Shown here in pieces: positions 12,701-24,721 of a DNA stretch of 64,000 nucleotides (positions are counted from its first letter, which is position 1; every line of letters starts with the position of its first letter). The stretch comes from Octopus bimaculoides (Eukaryota). The translations under genes and the position numbers were made by a program. The notes under the pieces were generated by a model. The model did no database searches and was not told the origin of the DNA. It saw only the letters and a program-made list of their open reading frames with translations. The stretch covers positions 28,571,136 through 28,635,135 of the forward strand of contig NC_069002.1 of NCBI RefSeq assembly GCF_001194135.2. Direction: 5' to 3'.

Positions 12701-14091
12701 GTGTGAAGCTCATGATTTATACTGTCACTACTCGAATGTTCTTATGTGATCGACCAAAAAAAAAAAAACAGAATGAAATCTAAAAATTTAAAACGTAATT
12801 GTATCATAGCAATGAAACCATAACAACAGAGCAATTGAGTAGTTTGATAATAATATAAGAAAGAATAAATCTCATTGTAACTAAAAAAAAAAAAAAGTCA
12901 TACAAAGGTCAAAGTCTGTCTTTAAAAAGTTCCAGGATTTGAGTAAAGATTCTCTGCAATTTCTGAGACGAACGTTAGGAACCTTTTAAAGAACATTAGG
13001 AAATGAATTCTAGAACAAATAGGCAAGATGCAGAAGTATTATATATGACAATGGATCGATCAATGTCGCCGAAGTTCACAAATTAAACGACTTTGGCGAT
13101 TTGGATACCCATAAGAAAAGGATGAAAGTCTTTAAATATTGAATTCTACAAGGAAAACGGTTGGCAAATTCCAGCAGTTCCATGGTAACATCTGGAAGAG
13201 TTCGAGGAAGTATTTAAAAAAGCATAATTAAGGAAGAAAATTTAAAATTTACATCCAGGACTAAACTCAGAACATAGCACCAGATTTGAGTACGAAATTT
13301 CTACTCCAATAAAATCGAGTGAAGATATAGTTTATATAAACTACCGCAATTTTAACCATCCGCTTGCAATCATGACAATATTAAAAAATTGTATTTTTAT
13401 TCAATCTGGCAGTACCTAAATATATCGCTGCATAAGCAAGAAGTGGTTACAAACGGAAATAAGTATTTTCAAAGCATACATCGATATCATAAGATCTCCA
13501 ATACGAATAACGCTAAGGTTAGCTAGAATTGTTTAATATAGCATCTACATTGTGCAACAAATAGAAATATAAGCACCTTCACCACTTCCAACGAAATTTA
13601 GTTTCAGCAACACAATGATATTGCCCTCTTAATAGCAAATGCCTATCAAAGGTAACAACTACAGACGTTTCCGAGTGTAACTATGTAGAATTAACTAGAT
13701 ATATATTGAAAACCAGATATACACAACCCGCTCAAACGAAAAGACAGAATCTATTCCGTTTCTCTATCCTAAAACATCTGAAGGCTAAAAGATTGTTGAA
13801 TTACCAGCATCACTGTAAGCTGGAGTAGATCAAAGATGCAGCTTATGCCTCACATAATCTCCCACCCATCAGCAGCAGCCAGTCAGCCAACTGCACGTTA
13901 TGCTGCATTGTCACATGACTAATGAAAGTCGAGTAACATGAAGCAATGAGACAACCACCAGCTTCGGACGAATACGCTTACTACAACTCGGTTCTTCCCG
14001 CTTCGTTTGTATATAAAAATACATCGATGTATTTCTTCCTTTGTACACACACAAACACACAGGTATGTATGTATGTATGTATGTATAATAC

Positions 14092-14463
14092 AGACGTGGT
14101 TGTGTGGTAAGAAGCTTGCTTCCAAACCACATGGTTCCGGGTTCAGTCCCACTGCGTGACACATTGGGCAGGTGTCTTCTACTACAGCCTCAGACTGGTC
14201 AAAGCCTTGTAAGTGGATTTGACAGACGGAAACTGAAAGAAGCTCGTCGTGTGTGTGTGTATCCCACTCCACCATCGCTTGACAACTGATGCTGGTGTGT
14301 TTATGATCCTGTAACGTAAGCGGTTCGGCAAAAGAAACCGATAGAATAAGTGCTAGGCTTACAAAGAATAAGTTCTGGAGTCGATTTCTTCGCCTAAAAC
14401 CCTTCAAGGCGGTGCTCCAGCATGGCGACAGTCAAATGACTGAAGCAAGTAACAGAATAAAAG
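14092..14463 (+). mobile_element. SINE family A, near full length (tRNA-like head, CORE-like segment, internal microsatellite, 3' tail)
   Basis: A/B-box-like tgtgtggtaag...gggttcagtcccactgcg, then gacacattgggcaggtgtc (similar to the CORE motif gaccttgggcaagt), internal (GT)n, and tail aaggcggtgctccagcatggcgacagtcaaatgactgaa. Similarity to the octopus OR-type CORE-SINEs is from memory. Confidence 0.88.
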
Positions 14464-14472
14464 TATACATAC

Positions 14473-14528
<56 letters not shown>

Positions 14529-15037
14529 AGTTGACAAAATATGATGCACTGCACGAAAATATATATTTTCTCTCCGTATATTTAATACACAGAGGAATTT
14601 TCATAGCCCCTACTTACATAATTACCTGCGGAGCACTCAAAGAAGATGAATTCCTGGTTTCGATTGATCACAAAATCTGTTTACCACATACAAGCAAACG
14701 CACCTATACACACATAACCAATACATATTTCGGCGTAGCTTTACGTCATAGATCTAGTGTGCACACTTCATTAACGTAAAACTAAAATAATCTAATTTAT
14801 ATTATACATTCAAGGATATAATACACAGTCCAAATATTAAAAGAAATTGCTACTTATTAAAATAATGATGCTCGCACTGTCTGGTGTATAATCTTTCATG
14901 GTTTTATAATTCTGAATTAGAAACAGCTCTAGTAATGTAAACATTATTGATTTCACGCACTTAATTCAATGTAGCTTTTGTTTAACCCCTTTTAGCTTCG
15001 GAATTTTGTCAAGGAAAGTCCCTTTAAGACATCCAGT

Positions 15038-15073
<36 letters not shown>

Positions 15074-15074
<1 letters not shown>

Positions 15075-15430
15075 GGAGAATGTACGAAAAAGCAACAACA
15101 GACGAGGACAGGTGGTGTAAATAACAAAAGGATGTATTAGTATGACGCTCGGGAATACGGAAAGTCTTTGACGTTTCGAGTTACGCTCTTCAACAGAAAG
15201 AATACGGAGACAAGGAGAAAAACACGGAGAAAAAAAACTGAATAGTGTTCAGTCAACGGTCAATCATAGTAATGGCTGACCGGAAGTTAGAAATTCTTTT
15301 TTCAGGAGAGCTAAGAAAAGGGGGAGATAACAAACGGTGATCGAAGAACGAGGGGCTGTGTGTGGGGGAGATAGAATGCTGGTGATCTTGACGTATGTAG
15401 TGTGAAAATGGGGAGGGGAGAAAGGAGTTG
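15074..15430 (-). mobile_element. Penelope-like pseudo-LTR fragment, copy 2 (longer), abutting (TA)n
   Basis: Homologous to 6529-6688, with about 190 bp of extra sequence on the element-5' side. Confidence 0.65.
15165..15201 (-). ncRNA. Minimal type I hammerhead ribozyme, variant core CUGUUGA
   Basis: Minus strand: UCUUU-CUGUUGA-A-GAG(cguaa)CUC-GAA-ACGU-C-AAAGA. The geometry matches 6619-6655 except for one stem II change. Confidence 0.55.
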
Positions 15431-15459
15431 TATGTATATGTATTCTTTTATTTATTTGT

Positions 15460-15813
15460 TTCATTTATTTCACTGTCGCCATGCTTGAACACCGCCTTTA
15501 AAGGGTTTTAGTCGAAGAAATCTTTGTAAGCCTAGTAGCCATTCTATCGGTTCGTTTTGCGGAACCGCTAGGTCACCAGGACGTAAACACACAACCATCG
15601 GTTGTCAGGTGATGGTGGGGGGCACAAGCACAGAAACAAAGACAGGCAAATATTTGTTATCAGGCGTGGCTGTGTGGTAAGAAGCTTACTGCTCAACCAC
15701 ATGGCTCCGGGTTCAGTCCTGTTGCGTGACTCCTTGGGCAACTCTCTTCGACTATTGCCTCGGGCCGACCAAAGCCTTGTGAGTGGATTTGGTAGACGGA
15801 AACTGAAAGAAGC

Positions 15814-15815
<2 letters not shown>
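15460..15815. mobile_element. Two SINE family A pieces back to back: 3' half on minus (~15460-15650) and head on plus (15662-15815)
   Basis: catgcttgaacaccgccttt...cggttgtcag is the reverse tail. It is followed by ggcgtggctgtgtggtaagaagc...aaactgaaagaagccc, which runs into (TA)n and a gap. Confidence 0.8.
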
Positions 15816-15862
<47 letters not shown>

Positions 15863-16657
15863 NNNNNNNNNNNNNNNNNNNNNNNNNNNNNNNNNNNNNN
15901 NNNNNNNNNNNNNNNNNNNNNNNNNNNNNNNNNNNNNNNNNNNNNNNNNNNNNNNNNNNNNNNNNNNNNNNNNNNNNNNNNNNNNNNNNNNNNNNNNNNN
16001 NNNNNNNNNNNNNNNNNNNNNNNNNNNNNNNNNNNNNNNNNNNNNNNNNNNNNNNNNNNNNNNNNNNNNNNNNNNNNNNNNNNNNNNNNNNNNNNNNNNN
16101 NNNNNNNNNNNNNNNNNNNNNNNNNNNNNNNNNNNNNNNNNNNNNNNNNNNNNNNNNNNNNNNNNNNNNNNNNNNNNNNNNNNNNNNNNNNNNNNNNNNN
16201 NNNNNNNNNNNNNNNNNNNNNNNNNNNNNNNNNNNNNNNNNNNNNNNNNNNNNNNNNNNNNNNNNNNNNNNNNNNNNNNNNNNNNNNNNNNNNNNNNNNN
16301 NNNNNNNNNNNNNNNNNNNNNNNNNNNNNNNNNNNNNNNNNNNNNNNNNNNNNNNNNNNNNNNNNNNNNNNNNNNNNNNNNNNNNNNNNNNNNNNNNNNN
16401 NNNNNNNNNNNNNNNNNNNNNNNNNNNNNNNNNNNNNNNNNNNNNNNNNNNNNNNNNNNNNNNNNNNNNNNNNNNNNNNNNNNNNNNNNNNNNNNNNNNN
16501 NNNNNNNNNNNNNNNNNNNNNNNNNNNNNNNNNNNNNNNNNNNNNNNNNNNNNNNNNNNNNNNNNNNNNNNNNNNNNNNNNNNNNNGACTATTGCCTCGG
16601 GCCGACCAAAGCCTTGTGAGTGGATTTGGTAGACGGAAACTGAAAGAAGCCCGTCGT

Positions 16658-16970
16658 AGGATCGCGGTTTCGATTCCCAGACCGAGCGTTGTGAGTGTTT
16701 GAATGAAAACACCTAAAGCTCCACGTGACTCCAGCAGGGGTTAGTGGCGAACCCCGTTGCACTCTTTCACCACAACTTTCTCTCACTCTTTCTTCCTGTT
16801 TCTGTTGCACCTTTATTTCAAAGGTCCAGCCTTGTCACACTGTGTCACGCTGAATCTCTCCGAGAACTAAGTTAAGGGTACACGTGTCTGTGGAGTACTC
16901 AGCCACTTGCACGTTAATTTCACGAGCAGGCTGTTCCGTTGATCGGATCAACTGGAACCCACGACGATGA
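16658..16970 (+). mobile_element. Third SINE family (C), 5'-truncated within its tRNA-like head
   Basis: B-box-like ggtttcgattccc followed by a GC-richer body (aaacacctaaagctccacg...cttgtcacactgtgtcacgctgaat...gttgatcggatcaactggaaccc) and a gatgatg tail. The body is recalled as a common octopus repeat and is single-copy in this window. Confidence 0.55.
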
Positions 16971-17394
16971 TGTGTGTGTTTATGTATTTCAGTGTTCACT
17001 GTTAGAAGACATCTTCGTGTCCACTGATGACAATAGTAATCCAGTTGGATAGGAGCTGAAAAGCTGTTATTGGTTTCGTTACTTATACATATATTCATCA
17101 AGTAGATTCAAGAAACGTTCAAGCCATAACTCTATTCAACAATTTACTGTTATGTCACGTAATGAAAGGAATACTTATTGGTTTTCAAAGTGATGTATGG
17201 TGCAGTAGTAGATCGACTCCGTGACCTGATTACTAATTTCTTAAAGCATTGAAGGAGAGAACTAAGCTAAGCGTGGAAGAATATAGTCTTTTGTTTCATG
17301 CTTCTCACATTCGAGAATTTCAGGTTCAAATCCTCCCTAAGATATACTCCACCTGCCCCATACCTCTTTAGGTGTAACTATATATAAGTTCATG

Positions 17395-17507
17395 TATATA
17401 AGTACATGTGTGTATATATATATATATATATATCTATATATATAGATATATAGCGTTTACATATATGCATACATGTCTATATACTTATGTGTATATGCAT
17501 ATTTATT

Positions 17508-17544
<37 letters not shown>

Positions 17545-17596
17545 TTTACATATATGCATACATATCTATGTACTTATGTGTATATGCATATTTGCT

Positions 17597-17641
<45 letters not shown>
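17395..17641 (+). repeat. (TA)n-based minisatellite running into a gap
   Basis: Unit tatag(c/t)gtttacatatatgcataca..tctat.tacttatgtgtatatgcatattt occurs twice. The sequence after the gap starts with the same tatagcgt. Confidence 0.9.
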
Positions 17642-18481
17642 NNNNNNNNNNNNNNNNNNNNNNNNNNNNNNNNNNNNNNNNNNNNNNNNNNNNNNNNNNN
17701 NNNNNNNNNNNNNNNNNNNNNNNNNNNNNNNNNNNNNNNNNNNNNNNNNNNNNNNNNNNNNNNNNNNNNNNNNNNNNNNNNNNNNNNNNNNNNNNNNNNN
17801 NNNNNNNNNNNNNNNNNNNNNNNNNNNNNNNNNNNNNNNNNNNNNNNNNNNNNNNNNNNNNNNNNNNNNNNNNNNNNNNNNNNNNNNNNNNNNNNNNNNN
17901 NNNNNNNNNNNNNNNNNNNNNNNNNNNNNNNNNNNNNNNNNNNNNNNNNNNNNNNNNNNNNNNNNNNNNNNNNNNNNNNNNNNNNNNNNNNNNNNNNNNN
18001 NNNNNNNNNNNNNNNNNNNNNNNNNNNNNNNNNNNNNNNNNNNNNNNNNNNNNNNNNNNNNNNNNNNNNNNNNNNNNNNNNNNNNNNNNNNNNNNNNNNN
18101 NNNNNNNNNNNNNNNNNNNNNNNNNNNNNNNNNNNNNNNNNNNNNNNNNNNNNNNNNNNNNNNNNNNNNNNNNNNNNNNNNNNNNNNNNNNNNNNNNNNN
18201 TATATATATATATATATATATAGCGTATTTTTTTTTATAATATTGATTTCAAAATTGAAGTAACATAGTGCTAATAACGTTTTTGTTTTTATTTATTTTC
18301 TTTATTTGTTCCACCTCTCATATTGATCAGTTCATAGCAACAATCTTTAGAGCGAAATAAAAATATAAATGTAATTTTCCAGACATTCCAATTTCAAATA
18401 ACTTTCCTGGCAATAGTTAGATGCTATATTACAAATTTCACACTTTCGTTCTCCCTGCTGCTTTACTCTATCTTCTGTTAG

Positions 18482-18530
18482 GAGATGTGATTCCTGATAT
18501 TCTACGAAAACAGGAAATTGAAGGAAGGAG
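18482..18530 (+). other. Candidate 49-nt internal exon of an unidentified host gene
   Basis: Long pyrimidine tract ending tcttctgttag, an open frame (G)DVIPDILRKQEIEGR, and donor GAG|gtatgc. No homolog recognised. Confidence 0.25.
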
Positions 18531-18724
18531 GTATGCTGTTGTGTCCCTCATGCATTTCCCAAGTATATCGAGAGCGCAATCGAATCGGTCCGACTTAGAG
18601 GTTGCTAATGACTTAGCGGTTTATGTTCATAGTTCATGAGAAAATATAGAGGCACAATGTCTGCAGTTTGATAGGTTATTTATGAGGCAGCGGTAACGTT
18701 AGTATCGATCGATCGATCTCTTCT

Positions 18725-18947
18725 TTTATCTTTTGCTTGTTTCGGTCATCAGACTCTGAGCCATGTTGGGCCACTGCCTTGAAGAAATTTTAGTCAAATG
18801 AATTGAGTCCCATCTACTTATTTTAAAGCCTGGCCCTTATTCTATCGGTCTCTTGTGACGAACCGCTAAGTTACGGGGACGTAAACACACCAACACCGGT
18901 TGTCAAGGGTGGTGAGGGACAAACACAGAAAGATATATACAAACAGG

Positions 18948-18998
<51 letters not shown>

Positions 18999-19048
18999 AT
19001 AGGACGGGCTTCCTTCAGTTTCCGTTTACCAAATCCACTCACAAAACT
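18725..19048 (-). mobile_element. SINE family A copy truncated by a gap
   Basis: Reverse tail (tgtttcggtcatcagactc..gccatgttgggccactgccttgaag), middle (gaaccgctaagttacggggacgtaaacacaccaacaccggttgtcaag), internal (TA)n and head end (ttcagtttccgtttaccaaatccactcacaa). Confidence 0.85.
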
Positions 19049-19318
19049 NNNNNNNNNNNNNNNNNNNNNNNNNNNNNNNNNNNNNNNNNNNNNNNNNNNN
19101 NNNNNNNNNNNNNNNNNNNNNNNNNNNNNNNNNNNNNNNNNNNNNNNNNNNNNNNNNNNNNNNNNNNNNNNNNNNNNNNNNNNNNNNNNNNNNNNNNNNN
19201 NNNNNNNNNNNNNNNNNNNNNNNNNNNNNNNNNNNNNNNNNNNNNNNNNNNNNNNNNNNNNNNNNNNNNNNNNNNNNNNNNNNNNNNNNNNNNNNNNNNN
19301 NNNNNNNNNNNNNNNNNN

Positions 19319-20560
19319 GGCGGAATTTGAACTCAGAACTTCGCTAAATATTTTGTCTGCCAGCTTGCTTCTTCGCAAATAAACTAATCTTTTAATAAAA
19401 CAAGATATATATTTTTTCACTGTCTTTTATAATTTCTTTTTTTTTTACTCCAGGTACAAGGTCCGAAATTTTTGGAGAGAGGACCAGTCAATTAGATCGA
19501 CCTCAGTATGCAACTGGTACTTAATTTATCAACACCGAAAGGATGAAAGGCAAAGTCGACCTCGGCGGAATTTGAACTCAGAACTTCGCTAAATATTTTG
19601 TCTGCCAGCTTGCTTCTTCGCAAATAAACTAATCTTTTAATAAAACAAGATACATTTTTTTTACTGTCTTATATTACTCTAAGCAAACTTGTTTATGTGG
19701 TTCCACAAACACAAAAATATTAAATTCAAACAATCACTTACTTTATAGACATGTTGTGGCAGGTGGGGAGGAGAAATTCACTGTTTTCACTGTAGAAACG
19801 TTTAAGGTGACGAGGTAGTAGAATTGTTAAAGCGTCGGAAAAAAATTGCTTTGCTGTATTTCTATTGGTTCTATGTGTTACGCTTTCAAATCCTGCAGAG
19901 GTCCACTTTCCCTTTTTAATTACTTTCTGATCAATAAAACAAGTAACAGGCCGAGCCCTGGGGTAGATTTAATCGACTACCTCTCCTACCCTCTCCCACT
20001 AAAAATCAAAGGGCCATGTGCACAAAGTAAAAAGAATTAGAGCGAAGTCGAATGCAGCGACTCAGCTGAATCGTTAAAGCAGCAGGGAAAAACTGCTTAG
20101 CTGCATTTGTTCCAGTTCTCTGCGATTTAAGTTCAAATCTCGCCGGGGCCAATCTTGGATTTCGCTTGTTCGGGGTTATTAAAATAAAGTACCAGTCATG
20201 TGCTGAGGTACGATGGTATCGACTAACCCCTCCCATCAAAACTGCTGGTGGTGTGCCTAAATTAGAAACCATTATTGGTACGCCTGCGGCCCCATCTTGA
20301 TCTTATAAACTAACTAGAAAATAAATAGGGGTAAAAATAAAAATCCCAACACAACCCACAGTTACGTACAGCTATCCAATAGAATAGTTGATTAGGTTGT
20401 TCCAACTAATCAACCGGTAATTATTTTATCGACTCCGAAGAGATGAAAGGTTAAATCAACCTCGGCGGAATTTGAGCTCAGAACGTAAAGACGGACAAAA
20501 TGCCGTTAAGTTTCTTATCTGTCGTATTAAGCTTCTTATCTGCTAACTTGCCACCTTATA
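19319..20560. mobile_element. Cluster of SINE family B copies, with an ~87-bp duplicated block at 19319 and 19564
   Basis: A reverse copy at 19440-19580, two plus copies head-to-tail at ~19810-20030 and ~20040-20275, and a reverse copy at ~20380-20560. Confidence 0.8.
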
Positions 20561-20705
20561 GAACTTTCGTAATAGAACTGAGACGAAAAATTTTGCAAGA
20601 ATTCCAAGATTTTTTCCTCAAACACACGCTAATAATGGTATTCTGCTGGCTTTCAGATGTAATTTTTGGGAGGTTAGTGTACAAGCTATGAGAAGGAACA
20701 CATCA

Positions 20706-22790
20706 ATGACACACGGCATTGATTTGATATTTCAAAAATTAATACAAAGTGTAGAAAATGATAAAATATGTGTACGGGAAGGACATATTTCTTTGCCTAA
20801 AACATTACCAAGCAATAGTGCCCATCAATCTTTTCTGCTGGGCGTCTTTAAACACTGGAATCACTAGCGTGAAATGTCTGAGAAAGATTGATTTGCGGGG
20901 AGAATCAAGAAACAAAACATCTTTTGTTTAGCATGTCGAATATTAGGAAAAGACGGAATTACTGCAAGCTTGACAGCAGAGAATGGATGGTCTGCCGCAG
21001 AGTGAAAAAGAAAGAATAGGAAGAAAATTATGTGATAGAGTTCTTGTGAGAGAACTCCTGAACGAAATTGAGTTATATATCATGGAGAAAGTGATCGAAT
21101 AAAGATTTAATTCGAATAGATTAATGGAGCATTTTCTCTATAAACAGATAAAATATTAATCCAGTTCGCTTCCTCTACTACGATAAAAACCGGAGCACAG
21201 GAGACGAATTGAACTAATATATTTTCACTGTCTGACTGATGACATTTTATTTTATCTTTGGGTGAAAGTGGGTTAGCATCCCACAGTGGTTAGATTAGTG
21301 ATGTTTACAAAGTAAATCTATAGGTTGAACAACAACTTACTGGGATCCGGTGCTTGAAACCCATGTCAGGAAATTCAAAGAAAGTTAGGAAAGCGAAAAT
21401 GGTTGCAAGTACATTAGTCAGTTTAACCCTAAACTGAATTTATTTCGTTTTGCTCCAACCTGGTTTTGAAATCCATACTTTATGAAAGATCAGACGTAAA
21501 ATACCAATTGATGCAACACCTGATCCCACACCTGTCATTTATACAACGTTTGTTATAAGTTACCTTCAGAGCAAAGGATGTGAGTTCAAGTTTTTGGAAA
21601 GATTTCTATTTCTTAAAAACAGAAACCAGATTCTATGATTGCAAACCTGATAAAGGAAACTAAGTAAAAATAATGTTTTCTTGGAAGGTCGCCGGAATTT
21701 GAATATTAAAATTGCACAAATATGAAAGCCAAATTGTAAGGGAGTGTAGAGAATATTACTTAAAATTCCTCTCTTTTCACCAGACCAGACATTGAATTTA
21801 TTGAAACAGATCCAGCAGATCGATTCACTGAAGTGGTTAGCTTTTTCTTTTGGGAAGAAGCAAAAGGGTCCATAAGATATTTTACAATAGTCTAAACACA
21901 TACACTACCCATCAATCATTGTCACGTTTGTTAATCATCAGAAGGTTAACCAGAATGGATGTCAGGGAAACATTTGCACCGAGTCTCAGTGGTGTCAAAG
22001 CTCTGTTGTGGGTTAGAATCCAATATTCTTATTTGATTGGTGATACTCATATAAAAGTAAATCTTTGTGTTGAACTGTTTCTTCCCGGCATCCCGTGTTG
22101 AATGCCATATCAGGAAAGCAAAAGAAAGCCAAGTAAAGAAATTCGCAAGTATATTATTTGTCAGTTAAATCCCAAAATAAATTATATGTCTTGAACCGTA
22201 CCTGACGCCAAGTACCAAGAATGAAGTAAAAGAAGCCACTAAATATATTTCCTTTCAGTTGCATTTTCATGGCCTCCATCTACTTCTAAATTTTTGCTTC
22301 CATTAACACAGCAACTTTGTATTACAGATGCCACTGTTGATATTGCAGACTACGTTGAAATGTCTATTGAAAAACTCTAGAACCTGTGAAAACCATTTGA
22401 CATTCTGCTGACAGAATCAAAACACGTCGTTTACAATCAACAAATTGAAATAAAATAAGAAGGGAATGACAGAAAGTGATAGAAACTGAGGAAAACCAGT
22501 CAGGTGGTGAAGGCCAAACGAAGGACACTTGACACACATATGCAGAATCATAATTTCGGACATCCGGGTTTTTAATTTTTTTTTTTTTCTCAGTTCTGTC
22601 TTTGCTAGTCTTACTAAAAGATTTTGAAGCTGCAAAGAAAGTTTCCGATACTTTTCCATTCCTCTGGCAATAGCTGTCTACATCGGAAAATCTTTTGGTC
22701 AGGAACTACGAGTCATTTGCAGAAAATTATAATGTTGTTGTAAATAGCGAAGAACTTTAAGACGAATTAATCGACGCAAAAACTTATGTA
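20706..22790 (+). pseudogene. Nearly full-length fossil hAT transposase with an N-terminal TTF-type zinc finger (ZMYM1-like/Tip100-like group)
   Basis: Collinear motifs across many stops and frameshifts: IFCLACRIL..GWS (20919-), LGESGLA, YWDPVLETHV (21338-), LQVH...EFISFCSNLV, DATPD (21510-21524, first catalytic D), ERFL, FSCIFMASI, DATVD, LTKRF-EAAKKVSDTFPFLW (~22610-22667). No TIRs identified. Confidence 0.8.
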
Positions 22791-22944
22791 CACTGGCACA
22801 TGTTGAACATTTCTACTGAAACTCTTCGGCTTAGACAACAAAGTATACAACTACGACAAAAGAATTTAGAAACTTCGAGAGATATCAACTAAATTATATT
22901 TTAGCGGCAGAACACGAAGTAGATAAAGTTATAAATAATCCTTT

Positions 22945-23168
22945 CTCTGAGCATAAGGCCAGCAATTTTAAGGGGAGGCGTAAGTCGATTATATCGACCC
23001 CAGTATATGACTTATTTAATCGATCCCGAAAGTGCCCTTCATCCTCTGTAATATCAACTCAATGCTGTGTCATTCCGCGATGGATGTTGAACTCAGAACG
23101 TAAAGACGGACGAAATGCCGCTGAGTATTTTATCCGGCGTGTAACGCTTCTACCAGCTCACCGCCTTG
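22945..23168 (-). mobile_element. SINE family B
   Basis: Reverse complement runs from aaggccagcaattt..gggga...gtcgattatatcgaccccagt to ttctaccagctcaccgcctt. Confidence 0.85.
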
Positions 23169-23280
23169 ATTAAGTTAAATAATAGTATTTAGAACATTGG
23201 GTTGGGGCAATCTTAGACTTTCTTCTATCCAAGGGATTTTTAAAACCCAATATTTTACAGATCGTTTTATTAAGACGATG

Positions 23281-23485
23281 AATAGGCAGAAACGTTAGCG
23301 CGCCGGACAATATAATTAGTGGTACTACTTCCGACTTTACTTTCCGAGTTCAAATTCTACCGAGACCGATTTCGCCCTTCGCCCTTCCAAGGTTGGTAAA
23401 ATAAGGTACTAATTGAGCAACTGGAGTCAATATAAACGACTACCCCGCTCCCCAAAAATTTCAGGCATTGTGTTTACAGTCGAAA
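23281..23485 (+). mobile_element. SINE family B
   Basis: ggcagaaacgttagcgcgccggac...gagttcaaattctaccgagaccgatttcgcc...aaaatttcaggcattgtg. Confidence 0.8.
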
Positions 23486-24005
23486 GAATTAATTATAGCT
23501 TTATCGCCGTTAAAAAAAACAATTTACTTCAGCACAAGCTGGAAAATATCGTCCAATACAATGGCGCATCACTCTGCATTTTTCTCTCGATGCCAGCGGA
23601 TGCATCACAAACAGAAAGTTCATTGAGTAGACTAAAGAAAAAAAAAGTCATAATAACTCAGATGAAAAATTCTGCACACTAAAGGACACGCTGAGCGCTT
23701 CTATTGAAGTAAAAAAGAAAGTAACAGTTTAATATTCTGATATGTTTCTAAAACTATCTTTAGTCAAAGTTTCTTTAATCAAGTTCCTAATCTCAGAACA
23801 TATTTTCTCAGATGGTGTTTTCGGAAATAGAAATCTTTCTGGAATCTTAAATTTGTAATCTATACTTTAAAAGGTAGCGTAAAAAATTAAAATTTCATCG
23901 CTTTTGTCTTTTTTTTTACCTTCTCCCATCGGTGAATGGGGGTCTGAAAACATTTCTCTTGATCGTAAAAATACTCTAAGATTTAGAACATATATACAAA
24001 GACAT

Positions 24006-24055
<50 letters not shown>

Positions 24056-24122
24056 GAATGGCTATGTAGAAGTACGTACATACGCATACCTGAATGTATG
24101 TATACATTCATAAACGCATAGA

Positions 24123-24283
24123 TGCAAGCGTGACTGTGTGATAAGAGGCTTGGTTTCCAACCGTATAGTTTCGGGTTCAGTCCCATTGCGTGGCACCTTG
24201 GGCAATTACTTATTAATACAATAGCCTCGGAACGACCAAAGCCTTTCGAGTCGATTTGGTAGAGGGAAATTGAAAGAAGCCTG

Positions 24284-24320
<37 letters not shown>

Positions 24321-24487
24321 CCACAACAGCTTGGCAACCGGTGCTGGTGTGTTTAAGGTCTGTGTTTAACTTAACCTCTATAACTTCGGCAAAAGAGACC
24401 GATAGTACTGGGCTCGATTTGTTCGACTAAAACCCTTCAAAGTGGTGCCCCAGCATGGCGATAGTCGAATGACTGAAAAGTAAAAAA
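24123..24487 (+). mobile_element. SINE family A, near full length, with internal (GT)n
   Basis: gggttcagtcccattgcgtggcaccttgggcaa...gaaagaagcctgtcg(GT)n...aagtggtgccccagcatggcgatagtcgaatgactgaaa. Confidence 0.88.
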
Positions 24488-24537
24488 TGCACATTATTTA
24501 CATTTGACGGATATTTGTCCTCATCTTGTTTGTTGTT

Positions 24538-24583
24538 AACACAACGTTTCGGCTGGTATATCCTCCAGCCTTCATCAGATGTC
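24538..24583 (-). ncRNA. Minimal type I hammerhead ribozyme with canonical core
   Basis: Minus strand: GACAU-CUGAUGA-A-GGCUGG(aggauaua)CCAGCC-GAA-ACGU-U-GUGUU. Stem II is 6 bp, stem III is the palindromic ACGU, the triplet is GUU, and stem I is 5 bp with two GU pairs. Confidence 0.75.
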
Positions 24584-24618
24584 TTGAGGAAATTTCGAAC
24601 CTGGGTTCTCATTCGATG

Positions 24619-24654
<36 letters not shown>

Positions 24655-24655
<1 letters not shown>

Positions 24656-24721
24656 AGCCACTGCCTGGAATCGAACTCGGAATCTTGGGGTTAGTAACCC
24701 GCGTTCTTAACCACTATGCCA
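24655..24721 (-). promoter_or_regulatory. tRNA-like Pol III internal promoter (A and B boxes)
   Basis: A box TGGCATAGTGG (24721-24711) fits TRGCNNAGYGG. B box GTTCGATTCC (24676-24667) follows after a 34-nt spacer with an anticodon-arm-like ggg-ttactaa-ccc. No acceptor stem is present, so this is not a functional tRNA. Confidence 0.7.

Noticed and set aside
15750-16652. Identical 66-bp SINE-A segment on both sides of a gap (15750-15815 and 16587-16652)
   Set aside because: Most likely contig-end redundancy or near-identical SINE copies, so it is not interpretable without reads.
24655-24721. Functional tRNA gene
   Set aside because: It has A and B boxes but no acceptor stem and only a 3-bp anticodon stem. 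The same applies to the SINE heads.
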